Shown: positions 17,091 through 27,187 of the stretch, one piece after another | How the letters are laid out: every line of letters starts with the position of its first letter | Numbering within the stretch: the first letter of the stretch is position 1 | Assembly: GCA_038327385.1 (NCBI GenBank) | Contig: JBBQKY010000001.1 | Span: 4,218 to 68,217 of the forward strand | DNA length: 64,000 nt | Direction: 5' to 3' | Origin: Propionibacteriales bacterium | Lineage (GTDB): Bacteria; Actinomycetota; Actinomycetes; Propionibacteriales; Nocardioidaceae | Notes under the pieces: generated by a model | Seen by the model: the letters and a program-made list of their open reading frames with translations, nothing else | Told to the model about the DNA's origin: nothing | Databases searched by the model: none | Made by a program: the position numbers and the translations under genes

Positions 17091-18327
17091 AGGCGCGACG
17101 GTAGGCGGGCACCAGCTCCATCGCGAGCTGCTCGAGGAACAGCCCCACGTCCGTCACGATCCCCCGAGCCTGGCTGGATCCGCGGTCAGCGAGCTTGGTC
17201 ACCGTGGCCGGGTTGATGTCGACGCAGACAAGCGGCACGGAGGCCGGGAGGATGTTGCCGGTGGCCACCGAGTGCAGCATGGTCGCGACCATGAGACAGA
17301 AGCCGACGCCGGGCAGCTTGCTCCGCATCGCGCGCTGCCCCTCGATCACGTCGGTGTAGACGTCGGGCAGGGGGCCGTCGTCACGGACGGAGCCGACCAG
17401 CACGAACTCCTTGTCATGCGTCACCAGTGCGTGCATGATGCCGCGGGTGAGAACTCCGGACTCGACCGCCGCCTGGATCGAGCCGGCCTTGCGAATCGTG
17501 TTCAGCGCACGGATGTGGTGCTCGTGTCCGTGCTCGACACCCTTACCGAGAGCCAGGTCGACACCGAGGGAGGTGCCGTAGAGCGCCGACTCGATGTCGT
17601 GGGTAGCGAGGGCGTTGCCGGCGAAGAGAACGTCGACGAAACCAGCCTCCACGATCGACACCATGGCGGGCGCAGCGCCGGTGTGCACCACACCCGGACC
17701 GCCCACCCAGAGCAGCCGCTGCCCGGCGGCGCGCGCCTCGCGCATCCCGTCGGCCACCTGACGAACGAGGAGCGCCTGCGGTTTCTCGCTCGAGACGTCC
17801 GACTCCATGAAGCCGAAGACTCCGCTGGCACCCGAGATCGGAGCGGGTGTGGTGACCTTGATACCGGCGGCTCCGCACAGGACCTTCATGCCCACCAGCA
17901 CGTCCGACATCGGCAGCGTGTAGACCCGCAGCTGCCCGGTCGTCTCGATGACCAGCCCACAGTCCATCTCCGGGTTCTCGACCGTGGTCCACTGCCCGTC
18001 GTACCGCACCTGCGTCGCGAGGTTCGTGGTCGAGTAGAAGCCGTCAGGGAAGACGCCAGGCTGGGTGACCTCCTCGATGTCGACCTCGCCGGGGTCGACC
18101 ATGTTGACGCCACGCGTCTGCATCCGCATGAGCAACCGCTGCAACACCTCACGGTCCTCGGCGCAAACCTGCAGACGCGCGTACGAGGGGTCGTCCTTGT
18201 TGTGGCCGATGTCGACCGTCTCCATGACGTAGTCCCCGTCGTACTCGCGGATGTCCTCGAGCACGCGGGACAGGATGCCGCTGTCCATCAGGTGGCCGCG
18301 GATCTCCACCGTCTCGCTCGACTGCAT
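17089..18327 (-). CDS. TIGR00300 / LOR-SDH-like family protein, possibly related to ornithine cyclodeaminase
   Basis: About 412 aa. VEIRGHLMDSGILSRVLEDI...FPDGFYSTTN...LLWVGGPGVVHTGAAPAM resembles the LOR/SDH conserved-region family as I recall it. The start is ATG 18327, ATG 18333 or GTG 18339. Confidence 0.5.
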   Translation of the reverse strand: MQSSETVEIRGHLMDSGILSRVLEDIREYDGDYVMETVDIGHNKDDPSYARLQVCAEDREVLQRLLMRMQTRGVNMVDPGEVDIEEVTQPGVFPDGFYSTTNLATQVRYDGQWTTVENPEMDCGLVIETTGQLRVYTLPMSDVLVGMKVLCGAAGIKVTTPAPISGASGVFGFMESDVSSEKPQALLVRQVADGMREARAAGQRLLWVGGPGVVHTGAAPAMVSIVEAGFVDVLFAGNALATHDIESALYGTSLGVDLALGKGVEHGHEHHIRALNTIRKAGSIQAAVESGVLTRGIMHALVTHDKEFVLVGSVRDDGPLPDVYTDVIEGQRAMRSKLPGVGFCLMVATMLHSVATGNILPASVPLVCVDINPATVTKLADRGSSQARGIVTDVGLFLEQLAMELVPAYRRA

Positions 18328-18421
18328 ACCCATCCGCACAGGCTAAGCCATCGATCCTGGCCGCAAGGAACACCGACGATCGGGTTGCTCCGGTGACCCG
18401 GCGCCGGAGTTCCGGGCAGGC

Positions 18422-19159
18422 TCAGACCTGGGCGCCGTCGTCAGGGTCGTCGAGCCGAGCGCTGCCGTCATCCATCCGGACCACCAGCGTCACGAAACCG
18501 CCGATGAAGCCTATCGCCGCGAGCAGCGTCAGCCAGGTCGGGAGCGACAGCGCGAACACCGCGGCGGCCAGCAGCAGGGCTGGCCCCCCGATCAGACCCA
18601 GCCAGGCGACCTGCTCCGCCCCGCTGAGACGGGGCAACGGGGGTGGCGGCGGGGGCACGAAGCGCTCCTCGTCCCACGGGTCGCGACGGGAGCCGCGCTG
18701 CCGCGACAGGTCGAGGTTGTCGGGGGTCTCCGGGGAGCCCGGCAGGTGGTCAGCCGCCGAGGCCGCCCCGTTTCCGCCGGTCTCGACGTCGTCGCGGGTG
18801 GCCTCAGCGTCGACGTCCTCGTACACCGGCCATGGAGCCACCTCGGCCGTGGAAGGGGTGTCGTAGCCCGCGACGATCTGCGCCCAGGTCAGGTCGTCGT
18901 TGCGCTGGGCAAGGTTGGGGTCCACCGCAGACACCAGCTCCAGGGCCTGAACCGTCGCGGCAGCGTCGACGTACAGCCGGACGAGCACCTCGACTCGGTA
19001 CTCCGGGCGGTCGAGACCCGCGATCGAGGGACTGTCCACCGGTTGGGAGTAGGCGGCGATCTGCTTGTGCTTGAGCTCGCCCAGCAGAGCCTCCGCGACG
19101 CTCGGGTTCAGGTCGGCGACCGGCAGGTACGACGAGGCCGTCAGCCCGTTAGAGCGCAT
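18422..19159 (-). CDS. Hypothetical membrane-anchored protein: acidic, Pro-rich linker and C-terminal TM helices
   Basis: 245 aa from ATG 19159. A PPPPPPLP linker is followed by two hydrophobic helices (WLGLIGGPALLLAAAVFAL, LTLLAAIGFIGGFVTLVV). I did not recognise a family. Confidence 0.45.
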   Translation of the reverse strand: MRSNGLTASSYLPVADLNPSVAEALLGELKHKQIAAYSQPVDSPSIAGLDRPEYRVEVLVRLYVDAAATVQALELVSAVDPNLAQRNDDLTWAQIVAGYDTPSTAEVAPWPVYEDVDAEATRDDVETGGNGAASAADHLPGSPETPDNLDLSRQRGSRRDPWDEERFVPPPPPPLPRLSGAEQVAWLGLIGGPALLLAAAVFALSLPTWLTLLAAIGFIGGFVTLVVRMDDGSARLDDPDDGAQV

Positions 19160-19341
19160 CGCTCGACTTGGTTGCGGCCTGGAACGGCTGCACATGGGCC
19201 AGTACCGGCACCGTGAGCTCCTGGTTGGTTGGTCTGTCGGCCAATCGTGTCACGTCCGTCGTGGCATTTCGACCGACCGCATGGCACCGGGCGCCCCCGG
19301 TGACGATCGACACTAAGGTGACAGGGACAAGGAGGTTGCCG

Positions 19342-20103
19342 GTGTTCTACTGGATGCTCAAGTGGGTGCTGGTCGGCCCCCTGCTGAAGGTGCTGTTCCG
19401 GACCGACACGGAGGGCACCGAGAACGTGCCCGAGTCGGGAGCAGCCATCATCGCCAGCAACCACCTGTCCTACTCGGACTGGCTGTTCATGCCGCTGGCG
19501 ATACCGCGCCGCGTCACCTTCGTCGCGAAGGCTGAGTACTTCACGACCCCGGGGCTGAAGGGCTGGCTGCAGAAGACATTCTTCTCCGGTGCGGGACAGG
19601 TGCCCATCGACCGCTCCAGCGGCACGGCCGCCGCCGGGGCCATCACCATCGGCCTCAAGATCCTGCGATCCGGCGGCCTCTTCGGCATCTACCCCGAAGG
19701 CACCCGCTCCCACGACGGCCGCCTCTACCGGGGCAAGACCGGAGTGGCCCGGATGGCACTGGAGGCGAAGGTGCCGGTGATCCCGGTGGCGGTGATCGGC
19801 ACGAACGTGGTGGCCCCACCGGGCAAGGTGTTCGGCAAGTTCGCCCGTCCGGTCGTGCGTTTCGGCAAGCCGCTCGACTTCTCCCGCTACCAGGGCATGG
19901 AGGAGGACAGGTTCGTGCTGCGCTCGATCACCGACGAGATCATGTACGAGATCATGAACCTGTCCGGGCAGGAGTACGTCGACATCTACGCCAGCCGCGC
20001 CAAGGAGGACGCGCATGCCGAGGCCAAGGCGGCGGCCGCGGCCGCGAAAGCGCGAGCCAAGGCAGCGGCAGGCCCCCCGGCTGAGGCCAAGAAGAGCGCC
20101 TGA
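19342..20103 (+). CDS. plsC: 1-acyl-sn-glycerol-3-phosphate acyltransferase
   Basis: 253 aa from GTG 19342, 6 nt after AAGGAGG (19329-19335). ASNHLSYSDW is the HX4D motif. IYPEGTRS is also present. The position is syntenic with Rv2182c. Confidence 0.8.
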   Translation: MFYWMLKWVLVGPLLKVLFRTDTEGTENVPESGAAIIASNHLSYSDWLFMPLAIPRRVTFVAKAEYFTTPGLKGWLQKTFFSGAGQVPIDRSSGTAAAGAITIGLKILRSGGLFGIYPEGTRSHDGRLYRGKTGVARMALEAKVPVIPVAVIGTNVVAPPGKVFGKFARPVVRFGKPLDFSRYQGMEEDRFVLRSITDEIMYEIMNLSGQEYVDIYASRAKEDAHAEAKAAAAAAKARAKAAAGPPAEAKKSA

Positions 20104-20156
20104 CCCATCTCTGCACCCCTGATCAATCGATCCCGAAGTCATCGAGGAGTTTCACC

Positions 20157-21182
20157 ATGCGTGTAGGAGTCCTGACCGGGGGTGGCGACTGCCCAGGTCT
20201 GAATGCCGTCATCCGGGCGGTCGTCCGCAAGGGCGTCACAGAGTACGGCTTCGAGTTCGTGGGCTTTCGCGACGGGTGGCGCGGCCCGCTCGAGAACCTC
20301 ACCTCCGAGCTCGGGATCCGCCAGGTCCGTGGCATCCTGCCCCGCGGCGGCACGATCCTGGGTTCGTCACGCACGAACCCCTTCTCGATCGAGGACGGCG
20401 TCGAGAGGATCACCGAGAACCTCGCGGCCAACGGCGTCGAGGCGCTGGTGGCGATCGGCGGCGAGGACACCCTCGGGGTGGCGACGAAGCTGGCGGACCT
20501 CGGCGTCCAAGTGGTCGGCGTACCGAAGACCATCGACAACGACCTCAGCGCCACGGACTTCACCTTCGGCTTCGACACAGCCGTCAACATCGCCATGGAG
20601 GCGATCGACCGGCTGCACACGACCGCCGAGTCCCACCACCGGGTGCTGGTCGTCGAGGTCATGGGCAGACACGCCGGCTGGATCGCGCTGCACTCGGGCC
20701 TCGCCGGCGGGGCCAACATCATCTTGATTCCCGAGCAGCCTTTCGACATCGACCGGGTCTGCGCCCTCGTCGAGCGGCGTTTCGAGCTGCAGTACGCGCC
20801 GATCATCGTCGTGGCGGAGGGTGCTATCCCGGTCGAAGGCACGATGGAGACCATCGCAGGTTCTCTCGACGAGTTCGGGCACGCCCGGCTCGGCGGCATC
20901 GGTGACCGCCTTGCCCAGGCGATCGAGTCGCGCACTGGCAAGGAGGCGAGGACCGTGGTGATCGGGCACGTGCAGCGCGGTGGCACGCCGACGGCTTTCG
21001 ACAGGTGGCTCGCCACCCGCTTCGGGCTGCACGCCATCACCGCCGTGCACGACGGCGACTTCGGCAAGATGGTGGCGCTGCGGGGGACCAACATCGTCCG
21101 GGTACCCCTCGTCGATGGCACCGGCACGCTGAAGACCGTGGACCCGTCGCAGTACAACGAGGCTGAGGTTCTGTTCGGTTGA
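20157..21182 (+). CDS. pfkA: 6-phosphofructokinase (ATP- or PPi-dependent)
   Basis: 341 aa. MRVGVLTGGGDCPGLNAVIRAVV, AIGGEDTLG, PKTIDNDL and MGRHAGWIA are the PFK family signatures. Confidence 0.9.
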   Translation: MRVGVLTGGGDCPGLNAVIRAVVRKGVTEYGFEFVGFRDGWRGPLENLTSELGIRQVRGILPRGGTILGSSRTNPFSIEDGVERITENLAANGVEALVAIGGEDTLGVATKLADLGVQVVGVPKTIDNDLSATDFTFGFDTAVNIAMEAIDRLHTTAESHHRVLVVEVMGRHAGWIALHSGLAGGANIILIPEQPFDIDRVCALVERRFELQYAPIIVVAEGAIPVEGTMETIAGSLDEFGHARLGGIGDRLAQAIESRTGKEARTVVIGHVQRGGTPTAFDRWLATRFGLHAITAVHDGDFGKMVALRGTNIVRVPLVDGTGTLKTVDPSQYNEAEVLFG

Positions 21183-22588
21183 GCTGCGTCGCCTCCGACG
21201 GGCGTGCGACGGTCCCGCAGCGGCAGCCGGCCAACTACTCTTGTCGGGTGAGTGTCCCGAGCCTGGAGGAGCTACGCGCGCGCGGGCCGCGCCAGCAGCC
21301 GTCCTGGCCAGCGGCCGACCGGGTGGCCGACGCGGTGCGGCAGCTGCGATCCAAGCCGCCGCTCGTCTTCGCGGGGGAGTGCGACGACCTCAAGGCCAGC
21401 CTGGCCAAGGTGGCGGCCGGCGAGGCATTCCTGCTGCAAGGCGGTGACTGCGCGGAGACCTTCGACGGGGTGACCGCCGACCAGGTTCGCGCCAAGCTCC
21501 AGGTGCTCCTCCAGATGGCGGTCGTCCTCACGTACGGGGCGTCATTGCCGGTCGTCAAGATCGGCCGGATCGCGGGCCAGTACGCCAAGCCTCGCTCCAG
21601 TGACACCGAGGTACGCGACGGCGTCGAGCTGCCGGCGTACCGCGGCGACGCCGTGAACGGCTTCGAGTTCACGGCCAGCAGCAGGAGGCCCGACCCGAGC
21701 CGGCTCGTCGAGGTCTACAACGCCTCGGCCGCCACCTTGAACCTCTGCCGGGCTTTCCTGCAAGGTGGTTTCGCCGACCTGCGGCAGATGCACGCCTGGA
21801 ACACCGACTTCGTCCGGACCAGTCCGGTAGGCGCGGTCTACGAGAAGATGGCCGGCGACATCGAGCGCGCGCTGAACTTCATGGAGGCGATCGGGGCGGA
21901 GTCTGAGGAGCTGCACCGGGTCGCGTTTCACAGCAGTCACGAAGCGCTCATCCTCGAGTACGAGCATGCCCTCACCAGGATCGACTCGCGCACTGACCGC
22001 CCGTACGACGTGTCGGGTCACTTCCTGTGGGTCGGGGAGCGGACCCGGCAGCTCGACGGCGCCCACGTGGAGCTAATGTCGGTCGTGCAGAACCCGATCG
22101 GCGTCAAGCTGGGGCCGACAGTCACTCCCGACGAGGCGCTGGCGCTGGCAGCCAAGCTCAACCCGGACAACGAGCCGGGGCGGCTGACGTTCATCACGCG
22201 GATGGGAGCCCGCCGCATCCGCGACACCCTGCCCACGCTCGTCGAGAAGGTGACGGCCGCCGGCGTGGAGGTGGCATGGGTGACCGATCCTATGCACGGC
22301 AACACGTTCGAGACCTCGACGGGATACAAGACCCGCAACTTCGACGACGTCATCGACGAGGTTCGGGGCTTCTTCGAAGTGCACCACGCCCTCGGGACCT
22401 GGCCGGGCGGGCTGCACGTGGAGCTGACCGGCGGCGATGTGACGGAATGCGTGGGTGGCGGTGAGGCGCTGAACGAGCACCACCTCCGGGACCGCTACGA
22501 ATCGGTGTGCGACCCGCGGTTGAACCGCACCCAGTCGCTGGAGCTCGCCTTCCTCGTGGCGCAGATGCTCGGTGCCCGGCACCGTTGA
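21179..22588 (+). CDS. aroG: Class II 3-deoxy-7-phosphoheptulonate (DAHP) synthase
   Basis: GEAFLLQGGDCAETF, RIAGQYAKPRS and DPMHGNT are class II DAHPS signatures. TTG 21179 overlaps the pfkA stop (TTGA) and the first 23 codons have high GC3. GTG 21248 is an alternative start. Confidence 0.85.
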   Translation: MSCVASDGRATVPQRQPANYSCRVSVPSLEELRARGPRQQPSWPAADRVADAVRQLRSKPPLVFAGECDDLKASLAKVAAGEAFLLQGGDCAETFDGVTADQVRAKLQVLLQMAVVLTYGASLPVVKIGRIAGQYAKPRSSDTEVRDGVELPAYRGDAVNGFEFTASSRRPDPSRLVEVYNASAATLNLCRAFLQGGFADLRQMHAWNTDFVRTSPVGAVYEKMAGDIERALNFMEAIGAESEELHRVAFHSSHEALILEYEHALTRIDSRTDRPYDVSGHFLWVGERTRQLDGAHVELMSVVQNPIGVKLGPTVTPDEALALAAKLNPDNEPGRLTFITRMGARRIRDTLPTLVEKVTAAGVEVAWVTDPMHGNTFETSTGYKTRNFDDVIDEVRGFFEVHHALGTWPGGLHVELTGGDVTECVGGGEALNEHHLRDRYESVCDPRLNRTQSLELAFLVAQMLGARHR

Positions 22589-22630
22589 GGTCTCGAGCAT
22601 GTTAGGTCGCGTCAGCCGGAGATCTCACCG

Positions 22631-23635
22631 ATGATCGACCTGCGCAGCGACACCGTCACGCGGCCGAGCGCGGCGATGCGGCAGGCCATGATCTCGGCGG
22701 ACGTTGGTGACGACGTGTACGGCGAAGACCCGACCGTGGCGGCGCTGGAGGAGCGGGTGGCCGACATGTTCGGCTTCGAGGCGGCGCTCTTCACCGTGAC
22801 CGGCTCGCTGGCGAACGTCCTCGCGGTGCGGGCCCTTGTGAGTGTGGGCCAGGAGGTGCTGTGCGAGTCGTCGGCGCACATCGCGCGGGCCGAGCTGGGC
22901 GCGCACGGCGCCGTCAGCGGCGTGACCATGCGTACCTGGACCGATCCTCGGGGGCACGTCGACCTGGCTGCCCTGGCTGACATGCGCGCCCCCGACCTCG
23001 GCCCCTTCCTTGTTCGTACGGCATGCGTGTCCGTCGAGAACACGCACAACTTCGCGGGTGGCCGCGTGCAGCCGCTCGAGACCCTCCGCGCCTTGCGGTC
23101 CTACGCCGACGAGGTGGGGGTCCGCGTGCACGTCGACGGCGCCCGAGTCTGGAACGCGCAGGTGGCGACGGGTACGCCGCTGCGTGCGCTCGGCGCCGAC
23201 GTGGCCGACACCATGACGGTCTCGCTGTCCAAGGGGCTCGGCGCCCCGGTCGGGTCACTGCTGCTGGCTTCGCGCGACCAGGTCACTGAAGCCCGGGTCT
23301 GGCGCAAGAGGCTGGGCGGCGGCTGGCGGCAGGCCGGCGTGCTCGCCGCGGCAGGACTGTATGCGCTCGACCACAACGTCGACCGGCTCGCCGAGGACCA
23401 CGCCAACGCTGCGGTGCTGGCTGCGGCCGCTGGCATCGTCGACGGTGAGGTCGAGACGAACATCGTCGCCATCACCACGCCGGACGCTGCCGGACTTGTC
23501 CGGCGCTGTGCTGACGACCAGGTGCTGGTGTCGGCGGTTGGGCCCAACGTCGTACGAGCGGTGACCCACCTGGACGTCTCCGCGGCCGACGCCAGGCGGG
23601 CTGCCGAGGTGCTGGCCCGGGCGATCCGGCCGTAA
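22631..23635 (+). CDS. ltaE: Low-specificity L-threonine aldolase (PLP-dependent)
   Basis: 334 aa. IDLRSDTVTRPSAAMRQAM...GDDVYGEDPTV...VSLSKGLGAPVGS includes the PLP lysine context. Confidence 0.85.
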   Translation: MIDLRSDTVTRPSAAMRQAMISADVGDDVYGEDPTVAALEERVADMFGFEAALFTVTGSLANVLAVRALVSVGQEVLCESSAHIARAELGAHGAVSGVTMRTWTDPRGHVDLAALADMRAPDLGPFLVRTACVSVENTHNFAGGRVQPLETLRALRSYADEVGVRVHVDGARVWNAQVATGTPLRALGADVADTMTVSLSKGLGAPVGSLLLASRDQVTEARVWRKRLGGGWRQAGVLAAAGLYALDHNVDRLAEDHANAAVLAAAAGIVDGEVETNIVAITTPDAAGLVRRCADDQVLVSAVGPNVVRAVTHLDVSAADARRAAEVLARAIRP

Positions 23636-23666
23636 CCTCCCGTTGCAGAGCTCGTCGCGGAGCTCG

Positions 23667-24596
23667 TCACAGGGGAAGCTGCGGGGTCGGGGCAGCCGTC
23701 GCCTCGTGCCGCGATGGGTGCCCGCTGTCCGAGGGGCCGTCACGCGGCGACAGCTCAATGACGTACATCGCGGTCAGCACGAACCCGCCGCCGACGACCA
23801 TCCTCGTCGTCAGCGACTCCCCACCGAACAGAACGGCGAAGAAGGCTGCCCAGACGGGTTCCATCGTCATGATCACCGCAGTCCTGGTCGCTGACAGGTG
23901 AGCCTGCGCCCAGGTCTGGGCGAGGATCGCCATCGCGCCCGGGACGATCGCCATGTACACGAGTGCGGTCCAGCCGCCGGGCGACTGAGGCGTGCCGATG
24001 CCGCTGGGAGCCGTGAACACGAGGCAGAGCGCGCCGATCACCATGAGCTGGACGACCGAGAGGCCGACGGCGTTGTCCGTTCGGGACCACTGCCCCAGCC
24101 CGAGGATGTGTACGGCGTAGAGCATCGCGGCGGCGAAGATGAGGCCGACGCCGAGCGAGACCGACAGGCCGTTGAGAGCCAGGAAGCCCAGCCCGGTGGC
24201 GGACAGCGCCACGGCCAGCCAGACCGTCACGCGGATGTGCTCGCGGAAGAGCCCGGCGGCCAGCAGTGGAGTCGCCACGACGTACATCCCCGTGACGAAC
24301 CCCGAGACACTCGCCGCCGTCTGGGAGAGGCCGATCGTCTGGAGCAGCTGGGCACTGCCGTAGACCAGCCCCAGCACGACGGCATGGGAGACGTCGCGGC
24401 GCGACAACCGGAAGACGGACCGGTGCGCTGCCGCGAACGCGGCGGTTCCGGCGATGGCGAAGCGCAGGCCGAGGAAGTCCAGCACCGAGATCTCGTGCAG
24501 GAGGTCCTTGATCATGAAGAACGTGGAGCCCCAGGAGGCTGTGACACCGAGCAGGGCAAAAGTCGCCAGCAGCTCTGTCCTGCGCACGCTCGTCAC
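23667..24596 (-). CDS. EamA/DMT family transporter
   Basis: 309 aa with about 10 predicted TM helices in a duplicated EamA-like arrangement (LLGVTASWGSTFFMIKD... and ...PVWAAFFAVLFGGESLT). Confidence 0.75.
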   Translation of the reverse strand: MTSVRRTELLATFALLGVTASWGSTFFMIKDLLHEISVLDFLGLRFAIAGTAAFAAAHRSVFRLSRRDVSHAVVLGLVYGSAQLLQTIGLSQTAASVSGFVTGMYVVATPLLAAGLFREHIRVTVWLAVALSATGLGFLALNGLSVSLGVGLIFAAAMLYAVHILGLGQWSRTDNAVGLSVVQLMVIGALCLVFTAPSGIGTPQSPGGWTALVYMAIVPGAMAILAQTWAQAHLSATRTAVIMTMEPVWAAFFAVLFGGESLTTRMVVGGGFVLTAMYVIELSPRDGPSDSGHPSRHEATAAPTPQLPL

Positions 24597-24707
24597 CGCG
24601 CCACCCTAGTGGGGCGCCCCGGACCACCCGGCCGGCGCCAGAACCGCGCATATGAGCCGTTGTGTTGCTGCCGGGCCCGGCCCGGCCTTCGGAGCCCGGC
24701 TTCGGCG

Positions 24708-26819
24708 TCAGACGACGTAGATCGTCACGGTCGAGCCGTACGGCGCCATGGCGCCGCCGCCGGGGGACTGTGAAACCACGAAGCCCAGGCCGAAGCTGGG
24801 GGTGTTCTTCTGGACGCTGACGTGGAAGCCGGCCTGCTCGAGCGCGGCTTGGGCAGCGGCGACGCCCGAGCTCCCCACGCCCGGCACCTGGACCAGGTGG
24901 GGGCCCCGGCTCACGACCAGCTTGATGTGGTCACCCCGGTGCCCGGTCCCGGAATCGGGCGATTGGGCGATGACCTGCCCGGCGGCGACGTTGTCGTCGT
25001 ACTGCTCGGTCTGGGCGGGCACGAACCCGAGTGAGCGCAGCCGAGAGCTGGCCGCGCTGGCGTCCTGGTGGACGAAGCTCGGGATCGAGATCGGCCTGGG
25101 TCCCTTGCTGACCCGCATGGAGACGGGGGCGCTCCGCTTCAGCGGCGTGCCTGGCAACGGGTCGGCGCTGATGACGGCACCAGCCGCCACGGTCTCGCTC
25201 CACACATGCGTCACGTCCCCGACCGACAGATGGACGCCGGAGACCAAGGCGGCGGCCTCGGACTCGCTGAGGCCCGACAGGCTGGGGACGTCGTGGCGCT
25301 CGGGGCCAGCCGAGATCACGGCGGAGACCGTGCCGCCCTCGAGGACGTGCTGACCGGGCCGCGGGTCTGTCGAGATCAGCAGGCCGTCCGGAACCTTTTC
25401 GGAGTACGACGTCCCAGTGACGTCGAGGATGAGCCCTGCCCTTTCCAGCTTCGCGGCGGCGACCGGCTGGCTCATGCCGGTGACGTCCGGCGTGTCCTGG
25501 TAGCGGCCGGCCCCGTAGTACCAGCCGGCAAGGGCCGCCGAGGCGGCCAGCACCAGGACGACGACGAAGGCCACCCAGCCACGGTGCCGGTTGGCTCGTC
25601 GGGGAGCAGACCGTGCCCTCGCGCCGTGCAGCAGCGGCCCGGCAGACTGGTCGAGTGGCGGCGGCTGCGTCATGGTCGTCTCGGGCCGGGCCGAACTCAC
25701 GCCGACGACCGTCGTTGGCGCCTCGCTGCCGAACGCGTCCTGGTCGAAGACGTCGTCCGGCGAGGGGCCCCCGGGCCCGCTGGACCCACCGGACCCGTGA
25801 CCTGCATAGGCAAGGGAGCCTCGAGCAGTCGACAGGGCTGCCACCGTGGGGGTCAGGTCGTCGGTCAGCTCTGCATCGTCGAGGACCCCGTGGTCGACCG
25901 CGTGGCGGACCCGGCCCAGCTGTTGGAGCATCACGTGGGCGTCCGCGGGCCGCAGGTCCCGCTGGCGCGACGTCGCCCGAGCGACGAATGCGTCCAGGTA
26001 CGGCGCTATGCCCGGCACCCGGCTCGAGGGCGCCGGCACATCCTCGTGCACGTGCTTGTAGGCCACCTGGATCGGGCTGTCGCCGAGGTGGGGCTTCTCG
26101 CCCGTCAGCAGCTCGTACAGCAGCACCCCCAGCGAGTACACGTCGGAGCGGGCGTCCGCGACGCCGTCGGTCACCAGCTCGGGTGGCAGGTACGAGACAG
26201 TGCCCATCAGCACTCCACCGGTGGCGGTGGCGCTCGTCGACGAGCTGATGGCGCGGGCCAGGCCGAAGTCGGCCACCTTGACCTGTTTCCGGGGCCCGAT
26301 CAGCACGTTCTCGGGCTTGATGTCGCGGTGGATGATCCCGGACTCGTGCGCTGCGGCCATCGCCCGCAGGATCTCCGCCATGACAGCGAGCGCCTGGCCG
26401 GGTGGGAGCGGGGCCCGTTCGCGGATCACGTCGCGCAGCGTGCGGCGCCCGTCGACGTACTCCATGGCGAGGAACAGGACGCCCTCGTCCTCGCCCTGGT
26501 CGTAGACCGCGACGACGTTGGGGTGTGTGAGCCGCGCGGCCGCCCGCGCCTCCCTGACGAACCGCTGGGTGAACTCCTCGTCGTCTGCAAGGGCGTGCGG
26601 CATGACCTTGAGCGCGATCCGCCTGTCGAGCCTGAGGTCGGTGGCGACGTAGACGGTCGCCATGCCCCCACGGGCGATCTTCGCCTCCACGCGGTAGCGC
26701 TTGTCGAGCAGGCGCCCGACAAGCGGATCAGCGATGGCGGGCTTCTCCACGGTGCCGAGTTTACGTTCGGCCGGCGCGGACCCCGGGCACCGCGCCGAGC
26801 CGCCGTCGGAGCCCACCAT
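24708..26819 (-). CDS. pknL: Ser/Thr protein kinase with four extracellular PASTA domains, PknL-like by synteny
   Basis: The kinase motifs are HRDIKPENVL, DFGLA and GTVSYLPPE. One TM helix follows, then four PASTA-like repeats (DVTGMSQPVAAAKLERAGL..., VPSLSGLSESEAAALV..., IPSFVHQDASAASSRLRSLGF..., VPGVGSSGVAAAQAALEQAGF...). The start is ATG 26819 or GTG 26750. Confidence 0.85.
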   Translation of the reverse strand: MVGSDGGSARCPGSAPAERKLGTVEKPAIADPLVGRLLDKRYRVEAKIARGGMATVYVATDLRLDRRIALKVMPHALADDEEFTQRFVREARAAARLTHPNVVAVYDQGEDEGVLFLAMEYVDGRRTLRDVIRERAPLPPGQALAVMAEILRAMAAAHESGIIHRDIKPENVLIGPRKQVKVADFGLARAISSSTSATATGGVLMGTVSYLPPELVTDGVADARSDVYSLGVLLYELLTGEKPHLGDSPIQVAYKHVHEDVPAPSSRVPGIAPYLDAFVARATSRQRDLRPADAHVMLQQLGRVRHAVDHGVLDDAELTDDLTPTVAALSTARGSLAYAGHGSGGSSGPGGPSPDDVFDQDAFGSEAPTTVVGVSSARPETTMTQPPPLDQSAGPLLHGARARSAPRRANRHRGWVAFVVVLVLAASAALAGWYYGAGRYQDTPDVTGMSQPVAAAKLERAGLILDVTGTSYSEKVPDGLLISTDPRPGQHVLEGGTVSAVISAGPERHDVPSLSGLSESEAAALVSGVHLSVGDVTHVWSETVAAGAVISADPLPGTPLKRSAPVSMRVSKGPRPISIPSFVHQDASAASSRLRSLGFVPAQTEQYDDNVAAGQVIAQSPDSGTGHRGDHIKLVVSRGPHLVQVPGVGSSGVAAAQAALEQAGFHVSVQKNTPSFGLGFVVSQSPGGGAMAPYGSTVTIYVV

Positions 26820-26833
26820 GGCAGGGTAGGGCC

Positions 26834-27187
26834 GTGACCGAGCTGCACGAGGACCGGGTGGAGTCCTGGCTGACGATCCCCGCCACGGCGCAGGCGCTCG
26901 GCGCGAGCGCGAGCGAGGTGCGTCAGATGGTGCGCGACCACGAGCTTGCGATGGTACGACGAGACGGCGCGCGTGAGCCCGAGGTTCCCGCGCTGTTCGT
27001 CCTTGACGGGCTCGTCGTGAAAGGACTGCCAGGCACGCTGACCCTGCTTGCCGACCACGGGCTGACGGACCGCGAGGCGATCGACTGGCTCTTCACCCCC
27101 GAGGAGTCGTTGCCGGGCCGCCCGATCGATGCCCTGCGGGAGAACCGCGGGACCGAGGTCCGTCGGCGGGCACAGGTCGTCATCTGA
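26834..27187 (+). CDS. Rv2175c-like winged-helix DNA-binding protein (PknL substrate family)
   Basis: 117 aa. LTIPATAQALGASASEVRQMVRDHELAMVRR...WLFTPEESLPGRPIDALRENRGTEVRRRAQ parallels Rv2175c as I recall it. The gene is divergent from the kinase. Confidence 0.7.
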   Translation: MTELHEDRVESWLTIPATAQALGASASEVRQMVRDHELAMVRRDGAREPEVPALFVLDGLVVKGLPGTLTLLADHGLTDREAIDWLFTPEESLPGRPIDALRENRGTEVRRRAQVVI

